A stretch of 38,095 bases of DNA, from positions 1 to 38,095 of the forward strand of contig NW_021831713.1 of NCBI RefSeq assembly GCF_006345805.1, read 5' to 3'. Under the pieces are notes generated by a model that was given only the letters and a program-made list of their open reading frames with translations, made no database searches and was not told the origin of the DNA. Both the position numbers and the translations under genes were made by a program. Positions 1 to 11,245 of the stretch are shown piece after piece; positions within the stretch are counted from its first letter, which is position 1, and every line of letters starts with the position of its first letter. Origin of the DNA: Octopus sinensis (taxonomy: Eukaryota).

Positions 1-505
1 TAGTAGGTGCATTAGGCATGATAAAACAGAAAACGAGAAAGCAACCATACTCTGGGATATGCCGATACACAGATAGAGAATTAAGGCCAACAGACCAGAT
101 ATAGTTGTCAGAGACCATGAAGAAAAGAAATGCTTTCTAATTGATGTATCAATACCGGCAGATGACAACGTGTCTCTAAAAGAAATTGAGAAACTCTCAA
201 AATACAAAGACCTGGAAATAGAGGTAACTAGAATGTGGAATCTGAAAACAGAACCAATTCCTATCATAGTAGGTGCATTAGGCATGATAAAAAATATTCA
301 GACAAATACATAACAAAAACACCAGGACTTACAAACACATATAACATACAGAAAATTGCACTACTAGTGCACTGCACACATCCTACTACGCAGACACTTT
401 CCATACAATAACCATCAGAGCATCACACCCAATCACAGCACATACCCAAGGCACACAGAGCTGCGCTCGGTAGTGAAGTGAAAGCACGCTATAAAAATAA
501 AACTA

Positions 506-508
<3 letters not shown>
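1..508 (+). mobile_element. 3' end of an R4/Dong-like non-LTR retrotransposon (restriction-like endonuclease C-terminus + 3' UTR); continues upstream of the window
   Basis: Translation ATILWDMPI...NRPDIVVRDHEEKKCFLIDVSIPADDNVSLKEIEKLSKYKDLEIEVTRMWNLK carries the PD..D..K RLE motif. The 3' UTR ends ...AAAACTACTG directly before (AAT)n. Near-identical to the inverted copy at 2246-2890. Confidence 0.9.
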
Positions 509-548
<40 letters not shown>

Positions 549-572
549 TAATAATAATAATAATAATAATAA
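509..572. repeat. (AAT)n microsatellite, target/tail of the Dong-like element
   Basis: Direct reading. Confidence 0.95.
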
Positions 573-735
573 TATATAACACACAACAACAACCGAAAAA
601 TACCTTAGGAATGAGAACCCAGGTTCGAAATTTCCCCAAGACCCCGAAGAAGGCTGGAGGTTATATCAGTCGAAACGTTGGTTAACAACAACAAGATGAG
701 GACAAATATCCGTCAAATGTAAATAATGTAATAAT
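573..735 (+). mobile_element. 3' half of the tRNA-head/hammerhead element (decayed hammerhead at 640-684)
   Basis: Matches 17810-17959 (TACCTTAGGAATGAGAACCCAGG...GAAACGTT...GATGAGGACAAATATCCGTCAAATGTAAATAATGT); the core CTGATGA has changed to CCGAAGA. Confidence 0.85.
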
Positions 736-841
736 GTTCAAGTTTTTCAAAACGGTCGTTTTGATGTCATCATTTTATTCATCAAACGTAAAATTGTCTT
801 AAACAGCATCTGTAGTGAACATCAACCCGCTTGTTTTCCTC

Positions 842-845
<4 letters not shown>

Positions 846-909
<64 letters not shown>

Positions 910-912
910 TAT
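846..912. repeat. (TA)n microsatellite
   Basis: Direct reading. Confidence 0.95.
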
Positions 913-1842
913 AATATGCATGCATATATGCCTACATACATACTACATACATGCATGCATATGCGTGCGTATTTGAATAACACAAGTTCCATTTTTTTAA
1001 CATAGGAGGTAAATATTTGTAATAATTAGTAGTTTTCTCCCTTGTACAGGATAGTCACGGGTGGAGTATTCTGGATAAGAAATTAGGACTCATTAAAGGA
1101 TAATAACGGATCTGCAAAGAAATGGAATTCAGGTTCGAATACAGATATAGATATATTTGTGCTGCACTCAATGTCTCACATGCAACTATTAATTAATTAA
1201 TGCTCTTAATTAGAGAAATTCAGACACACAACCAGACACATATACAGTAATACACATTCATACATTGACATTAATACTCACACAAACATATATATATATA
1301 TATACTAATACACATTTCACACACGCGCATACACACATAAATACATATACAGACAGACACACGCACACGCGCATATACAAATACACACTAAACACACGTA
1401 CTCATTCATATTTATACTCTCACTAACACACACACACATATATATGTATATATATATATATATATATATTGCATTGCTTCTTATACTTGCTAATACACAA
1501 TACTCACACGTGCACACATATATCTATACTCACTATATACACACATACAGACACACAGACATAATTGTATAAACACTCAGCCACTCACATATATTTATGC
1601 TCGTACCAATACGCACACACACACCACCACCACCACCATTGCATACGCATAATGTGTTTGGAATCTGATAATCTCAGAACACACCTCAGCCAAACATCAG
1701 AAGCAGCTTTGTGTTGGCTCGGATATTTCTAGGCGTCCATTTTAACACATTTCTCTTGCAATCAGAGTCAACGAGTTTTCATGTCCAGACGGAATATCTC
1801 ACTCTCCTCTATCACTCCTCCCCTTTCACTCCTCTTTATTCT

Positions 1843-1886
<44 letters not shown>

Positions 1887-2199
1887 GCTCTTTCTCTCTC
1901 TCCTCGTCCTCTCTGTGTTTCATTCATTCTTTCTACCTTCCCCTTCCCTCTTCTCTCTCATAATCCACTTCCATCATTTTTGCTCAATCACTTCTAAAAA
2001 CGACGTCGAATTTTGTTTCGTAACTCAATATTTCTTTTCTTTTTCATTTACTTTATTTATCTATTAAATACCTTTAACCGTTTCCAAGTCGATAAAATTA
2101 AGTACCAGTGATGTACTCGATAGTATTGACTGCTCTTCTACCCTTCAAAATTGCTCGACTTCTACCGAAATTAAAACCTATTATTATTATTATTATTAT

Positions 2200-2241
<42 letters not shown>

Positions 2242-2245
2242 TATT

Positions 2246-2889
2246 CAGTAGTTTTATTTTTATAGCGTGCTTTCACTTCACTACCGAGCGCAGCTCTGTG
2301 TGCCTTGGGTATGTGCTGTGATTTGTTGTGATGCTCTGATGGTTATTGTATGGACAGTGTGTGTGCAGTGCCTAGTAGTGCACCTAGTGCAACTACAGTG
2401 CATAATGCACCTACTATGATAGGAATTGTTTCTGTTTTTAGATTCCACATTCGAGTTACCTCTATTTCCAGGTCTTTGTATTTTGAGAGTTTCTCCATTT
2501 CTTTTAGAGACACGTTGTCATCTGCCGGTTTTGATACATAAATTAGAAAGCATTTTTTTTCTTCGTGATCTCTGACAACTATTTCTGGTCTGTTGGCCTT
2601 AATTTCTCTATCTGTGTGTATCGGCATATCCCAGAGTATGGTTGCTTTCTCGTTTTCTGTGACCTTTTCTGGTGCGTGCCTATACCATCTTTTTTCTGTT
2701 GTTATTCCATAATGTTGGCATAGCTTCCAATGTATGTAGGTTCCAACTCTGTCGTGTCTGAGAATATATTCCTTCTTAGCCAGGACTGGGCAGCTAGAGA
2801 TAATATGATTTATTGTTTCTTGTCCATCTCCACATATTCTGCAGTTACTTGTTATATTTCTTTTCATTACATGTTTTTGGTAATTTCTG

Positions 2890-2890
<1 letters not shown>
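2246..2890 (-). mobile_element. 5'-truncated R4/Dong-like element (CCHC finger + RLE + 3' UTR) embedded in (AAT)n
   Basis: ORF 2343-2867: CRICGDGQETINHIISSC (C-x2-C-x8-H-x4-C), RHD, ILWDMPIHTD, RPEIVV. (TAT)n tracts flank both ends (2180-2245, 2891-2950). Confidence 0.92.
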
Positions 2891-2945
<55 letters not shown>

Positions 2946-3157
2946 TTATTATTGAGTGAGAGCAGTGCATGTCATCAATGTGACATTGGGGTAAAATATA
3001 TGAAGCCCAGTATACCTATCATGACACAGGACATCCCGAGATGAGATGGTTTATTGTTTCAACAAATGTGCCGCAGAATCTGCGTTTAGGGTCAGAACCG
3101 TTTTGAAGAACGTTAACCTGGTAGTCTTTTATATGCAAGCTTTATTATTATTGTTGG

Positions 3158-3188
<31 letters not shown>

Positions 3189-3189
3189 A

Positions 3190-3665
3190 TGCGATGAAAA
3201 CTCACAGCTTATTTTGCTGGGTATGATAGAAAGCATCAGCTGTCCACAGCCAGCGGACTGAGGTGACATTTATTTACTGGTCATGCTTTAGGAACCCTGA
3301 AAAAAATTCTTGCAATTCCAAATTCCAAGTAGGTGTTCTACCTTCACACCTGCGCCAATCTTTTCCAGCCATGTTGGTAGTTGAGTGCAGATACTTCCAA
3401 GTACACCAATTATTATTGCTATCCCATCTACTCTCTTCATTGACCGCAACCTTCGTATTTCCCACTTCAAATCGTCATAGTTGTTTATCTTTTCTTCCTG
3501 TTGTCACCGGAACATGCTCTGTTGATTATCAAGCATGTTCTTGCTGTCTTTTCTTTTTCTCAACACGAATTTATCCGGTTACGGATATCTAGTCAGGTAA
3601 TCGCACTGAATCATTGCATCCCACAGGATTTTGCAATTTTTATTCTCGGTGACTCCTGGGGTTCT
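3190..3665 (-). mobile_element. Degenerate RLE non-LTR retrotransposon 3' end, second family, with (AAC)n tail
   Basis: Minus-strand pieces ENKNCKILWDAMIQCD and YDDLKWEIRRLRSMKRVDGIAIIIGVLGSI; followed by (AAC)n at 3148-3190. Confidence 0.8.
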
Positions 3666-3699
3666 CTTGTCATCGTTGTTGTTGTTATTGTGTTGTTGG

Positions 3700-3900
3700 T
3701 ATCTTCTTGATATTTGGTGACTCCTCAGTCTCCTCAAATTTCAACAATCTCTCTTAGGATTCCTGCAGAATATAGAAAAGTACTTTTCTGTGGGTCAACA
3801 ATGCAAGTTTAAGTTCCAATTTCTTTTACACTCTTAGATAGCATTTGTGGGGTGGAGGCGGTGCCGAGTGCACCCTCCTACTGTTTTGGTTACTTTTGGG
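3700..3900 (-). mobile_element. Degenerate RLE element C-terminus + 3' UTR, (AAC)n tail
   Basis: Minus-strand QKSTFLYSAGILREIVEI* resembles the terminal QKxxLLxTAxILRxVL motif of R4-clade ORFs; AAC-rich tract at 3675-3700. Confidence 0.55.
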
Positions 3901-3944
3901 GTATATCTGGTTGCCGATTATATTTCTTTATTCTCTACAAAATA

Positions 3945-4226
3945 TTTTCTCAGACCCCGTTCTTTAATATGTTGGCCTGGTAGTTACTTGTAGGTAGACA
4001 TTGATCTTGGGCTGTTATGATAAACCCTTCTGATTTGAAGCCAGAAGACCCTAATCATGGTTGGGTAAGGGCTTTGTCAACATCGGCACTATTATCTCTC
4101 TTTGGATATTTGCCATTGAGAGGGTTTTCCTACCATTTATAAGGTAGAAGTTTTAACACGGGTTTTCATACGCTTAGCTTGTTCTTTTCTGTACTTGCTT
4201 CCAAAATGTCTAATTCTGGTATTTAC
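3945..4226 (-). mobile_element. R4/Dong-like fragment (post-RT linker region)
   Basis: Minus-strand LNGKYPKR...LGSSGFKSEGFIITAQDQCLPTSNYQANILKNG, the conserved E.E.FI.A.QDQ.L.T.NY motif preceding the CCHC finger. Confidence 0.75.
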
Positions 4227-4620
4227 ACTGTTACTTGTTTCAGTCATGTGAATGTGGCCATTCTGGAGCTCCGCCTTTAGTCGAGCAAATCGACCCCTGG
4301 AATTATTCTTTGTAAGCCTGGTACTTATTCTATCGATATCTTTTGCCGAACCGCTAAATTACGGGGACGTAAACACACCAGCATCGGTTGTCAAGCGATG
4401 TTGGGGGGACAAACACACACACACACACAAACATATACACACACACATACATATATATATGTACATATATACGACGGGCTTCTTTCAGTTTCCCTCTACC
4501 AAATCCACTCAGAAGGCTTTGGTCGGCCAGAGGCTATAGTAGAAGACTCTTGCCCAAGGTGCCATGCAATGGGACTGAACCCGGAACCATGTGGTTGTTA
4601 AGCAAGCTACTTACCACTCA
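4227..4620 (-). mobile_element. tRNA-derived SINE, family A (internal TA/TG microsatellite, CR1-like tail)
   Basis: Colinear with 27174-27580; B-box GGTTCAGTCCC; tail GGCGGAGCTCCAGAATGGCCAC...GACTGAAACAAGTAA. Confidence 0.85.
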
Positions 4621-4684
4621 ATTCACTTAGATATTCCTTTGCCTATTTTGTACTGAATATGAGGCTTTCTTATTTTCTTCTTCT

Positions 4685-4685
<1 letters not shown>

Positions 4686-4762
<77 letters not shown>

Positions 4763-4975
4763 CACTACTATTATTATCGTCGTCGTCGTCATCATCATTA
4801 TCATTATTATAATTTTCGCGGGTATTTTTAGTGGTGGTGATGGTTGTGGTGATGGTTGTGGTGATGGTGGCGGAGGCGGTGGTGTTGGTGGTGTTGGCGA
4901 CGGTGGTGGTGGTGGTGGTGGTGGTGGTAGTGGTGGTGGTGGTGGTGGCTTCGGCTGTGGTGGTGGTGGTGGGGT
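4686..4975. repeat. Compound (ACT)n/(ATC)n/(GGT)n trinucleotide array
   Basis: Direct reading; explains the poly-Thr/poly-Gly ORFs. Confidence 0.9.
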
Positions 4976-5942
4976 TACAACTAAAAAGAATAATCAGAAA
5001 GATTCGAATTATAAGAACTTTTTCTTTCCTTCTGAAGTGAACTGCAATAAAAGAGCAGCGGAATGAAATGAAGAATGGTAGATATATGTTCCAGTGTTAG
5101 GAATTGAATCACAGATGAAAGACAGCGCCAGGGAGGTGTGAAAGAGACACTTCTCTCTATATATTATTGGATCATCCAATTTACAATGACTGGCACCAAG
5201 AAATATTATTTTGGCGAAGAACAAGTCCTCAGACTTTTTACACCGACAATGAATTGTGTTGTCTTTAGCATTAATTTGCTGAACGAGTTTTTCTTTTTTC
5301 CACCTACTTTTACTTTTTCGTTTAATTTCGATTCCATTTTCGTTGTTGCTAATGTTGCCGTTGTTGTTGTTGTTGCTCGTAATGTTATTTTTGTTGTTGT
5401 TGCTGCTAATATTATAATCGCTGATAATATTTTCTTATTTTTGTTATGTTGTTCTTGTCTCTAACATAGTTTTTTGTTAATGTCTTCTTTTTACTCTCAT
5501 CGTCGTCGTCGTCGTTGTCATCGCTGTCCTCCATCTCATCATCATCATCATCAACATCATCATTATCCTCATCATCGTCATCTCCATATCCAACGTGGTC
5601 GTTCTTTAGCCAGATTGAGCGTCTAAGCAGCAAACCGATTATTCAACTCGTTCCACCAATTAACATTCTCTTTCGTCCGGACAGACATAAGACATCACCA
5701 TTCATTGTATTCTTCCATTTTGTTAAGACAGTATGCTAGAAGGGACATTTAGCTGCTAGTTTTAGCACGTCGAGTAACCCGTTTAAGAATTTTCTTTCCT
5801 CCTTTTCTTTTCATTCTGTTTTCTTTCTTTGAATCTCCCTTCTATTAGCGTTAGTAATGATAGCAGCAGTATGTGTTATAGTACAGACATTATATTGATA
5901 ATTATAGTAGTAGTAGTAGTAGTAGTAAATGTAGTAATATTG

Positions 5943-6115
5943 GTGAGAATTTACGAAAAAACAAAAAACGAAGACGGGTGTGTAAACAACAAACCGATGT
6001 GTTAGTTTAACGCTTGGGAAGTGAGAAAGACTTTTATGTTTCGAGCCTACGCTCTTCGACAGAAAGGAACACAGAAATACACAGGGAGAGAAAATAGAAA
6101 AAGGTTTAGTGTCTG
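5943..6115 (-). mobile_element. Penelope-like pLTR fragment carrying a hammerhead-like motif
   Basis: Contains CTTT-CTGTCGA-A-GAGC-GTAG-GCTC-GAAAC-AT-A-AAAG. PLE assignment is inferred from the minimal type-I HHR architecture. Confidence 0.5.
6031..6066 (-). ncRNA. Minimal type-I hammerhead-like motif, non-canonical core
   Basis: Stem I CUUU/AAAG, stem II GAGC/GCUC, GAAA present; core A6>U and stem III ACGU>ACAU. Confidence 0.5.
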
Positions 6116-6379
6116 ACAGTAGTAGTTCATTTTCATCAATATTTCAAGACATTCCGATTCTACAAAAATCGCTTACTTTTAGAGGTATTCATTGCAAATT
6201 TTCCTTTGTACAGAGGGTAGCAAGAAATCCTGGCGCTGCTACTGTCGCCATCGTCATAGCAGCATATTAAATTCTGATCTTTAACACCAAATTATTTACA
6301 ATAATCAATGACTGCCGTTAGTTTGTTACTCGGGCGCCATGCTTCGGTGTTAACATGTTAATATTTACTTTATACTTAA

Positions 6380-7140
6380 GGCGACGAGCTGACAGAAATG
6401 TTAGCACGCCGGGTGAAATGTTTAGCGGTATTTCGTCTGCGTTACGTTCTGAGTTCAAATTCCGCCGAGGTCGACTTTGCCTTTCATTTCTTCGGGGACG
6501 ATTAAATAAGTACCAGTTACGCACTGGGGTCGATATAATCGACTTGATTCGTTTGTCTGTCCTTGTTTGTCCCCTATGTGTTTAGCCCCTTGTGGGTAGT
6601 AAAGAAATAGGTATTTCGTCTGCCGTTACGTTCTGAGTTCAAATTCCGCCGAGGTCGAATTTGCCTTTCATTTCTTCGGGGACGATTAAATAAGTACCAG
6701 TTACGCACTGGGGTCGATATAATCGACTTGATTCGTTTGTCTGTCTTTGTTTGTCCCCTGTGTGTTTAGCCCCTTGTGGATAGTAAAGAAATAGATATTT
6801 CGTCTGCCGTTACGTTCTGAGTTCAAATTCCGCCGAGGTCGAATTTGCCTTTCATCCTTTTGGGGTCGATAAATTAAGTACCATTTACGCACTGGGGTCG
6901 ATGTAATTGACTTAATCCGTTTGTCTCTCCCTCTGTGTTTAGTTCCCCTGTGGGTAGTAAAGAATAGGTATTTCGTCCGTCTTAAAGTTCTGGGTTCAAA
7001 TTCCACAGACGTCGACTTTACCATTCATCATTTTGGGGTCTATAAAATAAATACCAGTTGAGAAATGGCAGGAGGCGATGTAGTCGGCTTACCCCACCCC
7101 CTGAACATGCTTGCCTTGTGCCAAAATTTGATGCCAATAT
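6380..7140 (+). mobile_element. tRNA-derived SINE family B as a head + 3 tandem ~173-184 bp units + terminal unit
   Basis: Units start GGTATTTCGTC at 6427, 6610, 6794 (GATATTTC) and 6967; each carries a B-box GAGTTCAAATTCC-like motif. Confidence 0.85.
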
Positions 7141-7322
7141 CACAGAAATAAATACAGCAGAACATCGTAGTACGAGTGCACCAGAGTAATTTGCTGTACA
7201 ACTCGTGCGAATTTTTGTCTTGCAATACGAGCGGAAATCCACAGTACGAGCACACAAATCTTTAAGGTAATTCAGTTAATAAAACCACTTTACATATTTC
7301 TTTCGCATTCTCTTTTTCTAAA

Positions 7323-7714
7323 CTAGCAGTATCAAGCGGCGTCGCTCGGGTTTGTTTCGACCCTTTAGAATTGGAATTTTTGAAAAGTAAAAATTTGCAT
7401 TATGTAGCTTCTTATTCTCTTTAAGTGAACATTTTTCTGGTTGAAATACACCGAAAAATGGCGACACAGCAGTCAAAAAATCGTAAAAAATAGGGATTTT
7501 CATAGAAAAAAAGCACCTTTTTGATGGAAATAATTTTTGGTGTTAACATGGTCCGATTTGAATTTTTTTCTTCTACAGAAGGAAGAGCAAGCCTTCTTCT
7601 ATCATACTCTCAATTTTGGTCAACTTGCACCGCAGGGTCTCGGAGGAGATAGTGTTAATTGAAGGCTACCAAACCTGCCATACACAGACAACTTCAGCTT
7701 TATATACACAGAGA
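7323..7714 (-). mobile_element. Non-autonomous Helitron, subfamily H1
   Basis: On the minus strand starts A|TC, ends with a GC-rich CCCGAGCGACGCCG sub-terminal motif then CTAG|T; highly similar to 9067-9459. Confidence 0.85.
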
Positions 7715-8424
7715 TTGTCATTTTATTTGTAACTACAGCTGTTCTGTTTTAAAACCCATAGAACTTTATTTTTGAGTGGTTTTGGGGGGCTGGAACGAAT
7801 TAATTATATTTTAGTTAATTTCAATGGAATAAAATTGGTTTTTAAAACGAGTAAATCGTAAGACGAACTCGGCCACGGAACGAATTAAACTCGCACTGCG
7901 AGGTATCACTGTGTATTTGTTTCTTTCGTTTCTGAACAATATAAGGTTTTATAATGTGACCAAACAACGGTCGCTTATTACTGATTCTTATCAACACCAC
8001 AGGAATGGAAGCTGCAAAGACAAACCTGGCACAGTATGAAACAGGAAATGAAACGAAAGAATAAGAATAAAAGAATAAGAGGGAGAAGGTAATTTTCCCC
8101 CCGTACCCCCAACTACAATTACCAAAAGCAGACGATCTTTACATATCCAGTTTCCACCAGAAACTCGACCACCTCTAAATTCAGAAATTTGGAAATGTAT
8201 TCCTCTTAACTCTACCTCATTCCGCTCTATGTTTTATTCATTTCTTTCTTCTTTTTTTTCCTTCAAAATCTCTAACTTCCGCGAGTAAGAAACCTTTATT
8301 CCGCCCCCGCCCCCCGCTACATCGCACCACGACCAACAACGAAAACATCCCCGTCGCCACCATCAGACGTCAGTAACAGCAGCAGTTTACATATATGTCT
8401 GTCCATCGCATCCACGAAACGAAC

Positions 8425-8436
8425 ATTCACACACAC

Positions 8437-8492
<56 letters not shown>

Positions 8493-8562
8493 CACCACAA
8501 ACACACACACACACACACACAAACACACATACACACACACACACACACACACAAACAAACAC

Positions 8563-8619
<57 letters not shown>

Positions 8620-8635
8620 TACACGCACACACGCA
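8425..8635. repeat. (CA)n microsatellite
   Basis: Direct reading. Confidence 0.95.
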
Positions 8636-9066
8636 TAGAGAGAGGCATAGCGTAGACGAAAGTAACCATTACCGAACGCAAACGACTGTGAACATCTGTC
8701 AGTGGTTAAAGCATTGCAAAGTGAATTGTTATTTGCTGGAGAATCCCATGAATATTTGCCGACAACTGTCGTCTTGTGTCAAGTGAATTTCAAACGTCAT
8801 AATCACCTGCCACCCAACCATCTGCTAACATCTGCCAACAAGATCTGAAACAGTTTCATGCAAGACCTGGAGAGAGTGAGAGAGAGAGAGGGGGGAGAGA
8901 GAGACGTCAGGAAGTGTTACTGTTGAATATTTTCACCGTATTTCGTTCAATGCCCAGTGTCATGTGATAAAGATCATGTGATTAAGATCATCGTGAAGCA
9001 GAAATGAGCGCTAGTTAAATCAAGGTAGATTGGAGAGGTTTGAACTCATGTAGTTTTAAAGAAACA

Positions 9067-9459
9067 CTAGCAGTATCGCTCGGCGTTGTTCGGGTTTGTT
9101 TCGACACTTTAGAATTGGAATTTTTGAAAAGTAACAATTTTGCATTATGTAGATTGTTATTCTTTTTAGGTGAACATTTTTCTGGTTGAAATACACCGAA
9201 AAATGCCGACACGGCAGTCAAAAAATCGTTAAAAAATTGGGATTTTCATAGAAAAAAAGCACCTTTTTGATGGAAATAATTTTTGGTGTAAACAAGGTCT
9301 GATTTGAATTTTTTCTTCTACGGAAGGAAGAGCAAGCCTTCTTCTATCATACACTCAATTTTGGTTAACTTGCGCCGCAGGGTCTCGGAGAAGATATAGT
9401 TAGTTGAAGGCTACCAAACCTGCCATACACAGACAACTTCAGCTTTATATATATAAAGA
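9067..9459 (-). mobile_element. Non-autonomous Helitron, subfamily H1
   Basis: A|TCTTTATATATATAAAG...CCGAGCGATACTGCTAG|T; colinear with 7323-7714. Confidence 0.88.
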
Positions 9460-9714
9460 TTATAATCATATATGTGTGTGTGTTTATCTGTGCGTACATG
9501 TATATGTGAGACAGGGTACTAAAATGTTCATGGCATTGAGTAGACAAGAATCAGTTAATCATGATTTTCTTCCACATATTCTCCTCCCAAATTCACATAC
9601 TCATTGCAGCGGTCCTTCAGCTTTTCTAAACCCCGTAAAAGAACTGGGAAGCTGGACCTACAGCCAAACCTTCCACGATACCCTTGAAACCAGGAAATTT
9701 TCAGCACCGCTCGT

Positions 9715-9740
9715 GTATATATATACATATATGTAAACAC

Positions 9741-9817
<77 letters not shown>

Positions 9818-9965
9818 GATACATACATATATATATAGACATATATATACATATACATATATGCATACATATATGCAGACATATATACATATATATATAC
9901 ACATACGTACGTACATATATATATACACATAGATACATACATGTATATATATATATGCACGCGCG
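9715..9965. repeat. (TA)n/(TACA)n microsatellite
   Basis: Direct reading. Confidence 0.9.
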
Positions 9966-10135
9966 CGCGTGTGTTTGTGTATACAACGAGCTATTTTCTG
10001 TTTTCGTCTACCAAATCCACTCAAAACGATTTTGGTGGGCCTGAGGCTATAACAGAAGACATTTGCTCGAGTTTCCACTCAATGCAAACCATGTTGCAGG
10101 GAAACAAACTTCTTACCACGCAGACTCGCCATATT
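9966..10135 (-). mobile_element. SINE family A, 5' half, degenerate
   Basis: CTACCAAATCCACTCA...TGAGGCTATA...CTTACCAC matches 4480-4620. Confidence 0.65.
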
Positions 10136-10284
10136 TAATATTCTGAAGCTAATCCTGATTCTCTTTCATTTTGGGAATGTCATTTTGCATTTATAAATTT
10201 AAGCATCAAGAATGTCTTGAGTTTTGTCTTCTTGGCATCTCAATTAATAAAGTTATGGTTCTGCAGTTAAGAAGCAATAGATGT

Positions 10285-10676
10285 AGGCATAGCTATTTGG
10301 TTAAATTCACTTTCAAACGGATTCATTCTTACTGCATTGTGCCCTGAGCCAGTAACCTATATAGCTCCGGGTCGACCAATGGCTTGTGTCAATTTGGTTA
10401 AGAGAAACTGTGAGGCCCGTCGTGTGTGTATATGTGTAGGAGAGGGGGTATGGGTGTGTATTTGAGTTAGTCTTTGTTCCCCTCTCATCATTTGACAGGA
10501 GCCGGTGGTGGTGTGTTTACGTCACCGCAACCTAGCGTTTCGAAAAAAAGTGATTGATAGAAGAAGTAAGACTCTCTAACAAGCAAGCTCTGGGGCCGTT
10601 TCGTTTCACCCAAGCCTTCGAGACTGTATCCAAACATGGTCGCAATCCAATGATTGGAACAAATAAAAGTGAAAAG
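10285..10676 (+). mobile_element. SINE family A, old degenerate copy
   Basis: GGGTCGACCAATGGCTTGTG...GAAACTG...GCCCGTCG(TG)n...GGTGTGTTTACGTC...CATGGTCGCAATCCAATGATTGGAACAAATAAAAG. Confidence 0.6.
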
Positions 10677-11149
10677 ATCATGTGTATAACACGCTGAACT
10701 TTTTCCTTTTTAGCACACTGGCTGTATGTGTTGGCAAATATCTTTATATTGTATTAATATTTTTATTAATTAATAAATAATTCCCATGACAAACAATTTA
10801 GGATTTTGTACATTGCCGATATACAATATCGAGCATGGTAAATGGCTTGCATAGAATTTAGAACTTTGTACGTATTCGTCAGAAAATGTGAGGCGAATTC
10901 AGAAAAAAACATGGCAGCCTCTGAACAGACCCAATTTTGCTAATAGCATTCGTGGCTAGTCAATATATAAGAGGATCTGGCAACAAGATTCCAGTAAACG
11001 AACAGTATTTAATGAATCTTTTATAAATACAGGCTTCACAGACGACGGAGATTGGAGACATTCGTCTGTGTTGTCGCACGCGTAAACATAGTGAAATGGA
11101 GAGCCACACTTACATTTACACAGACATAGACAGAACACACACACGCATA

Positions 11150-11245
11150 CTCTTTTATCATCTTACTGGTTTCAGTCATTTGGTAGTGGCCATGCTGGGG
11201 CTCTACTTTGAAGTGTCAGTCGATCAAATCAACCAAAGTAATTCC
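11150..11245 (-). mobile_element. SINE family A tail fragment
   Basis: Minus strand GCCCCAGCATGGCCAC...ATGACTGAAACCAGTAAGA. Confidence 0.65.

Noticed and set aside
2950-3140. Possible 3' end of another retroelement between microsatellites
   Set aside because: No second copy or coding motif in the window to support a call
4659-5066. Poly-Thr/poly-Gly ORF
   Set aside because: Trinucleotide microsatellite artefact
6427-7140. Regular repeats that might suggest a CRISPR array
   Set aside because: Units are ~180 bp, homologous along their whole length with no unique spacers; eukaryotic SINE context
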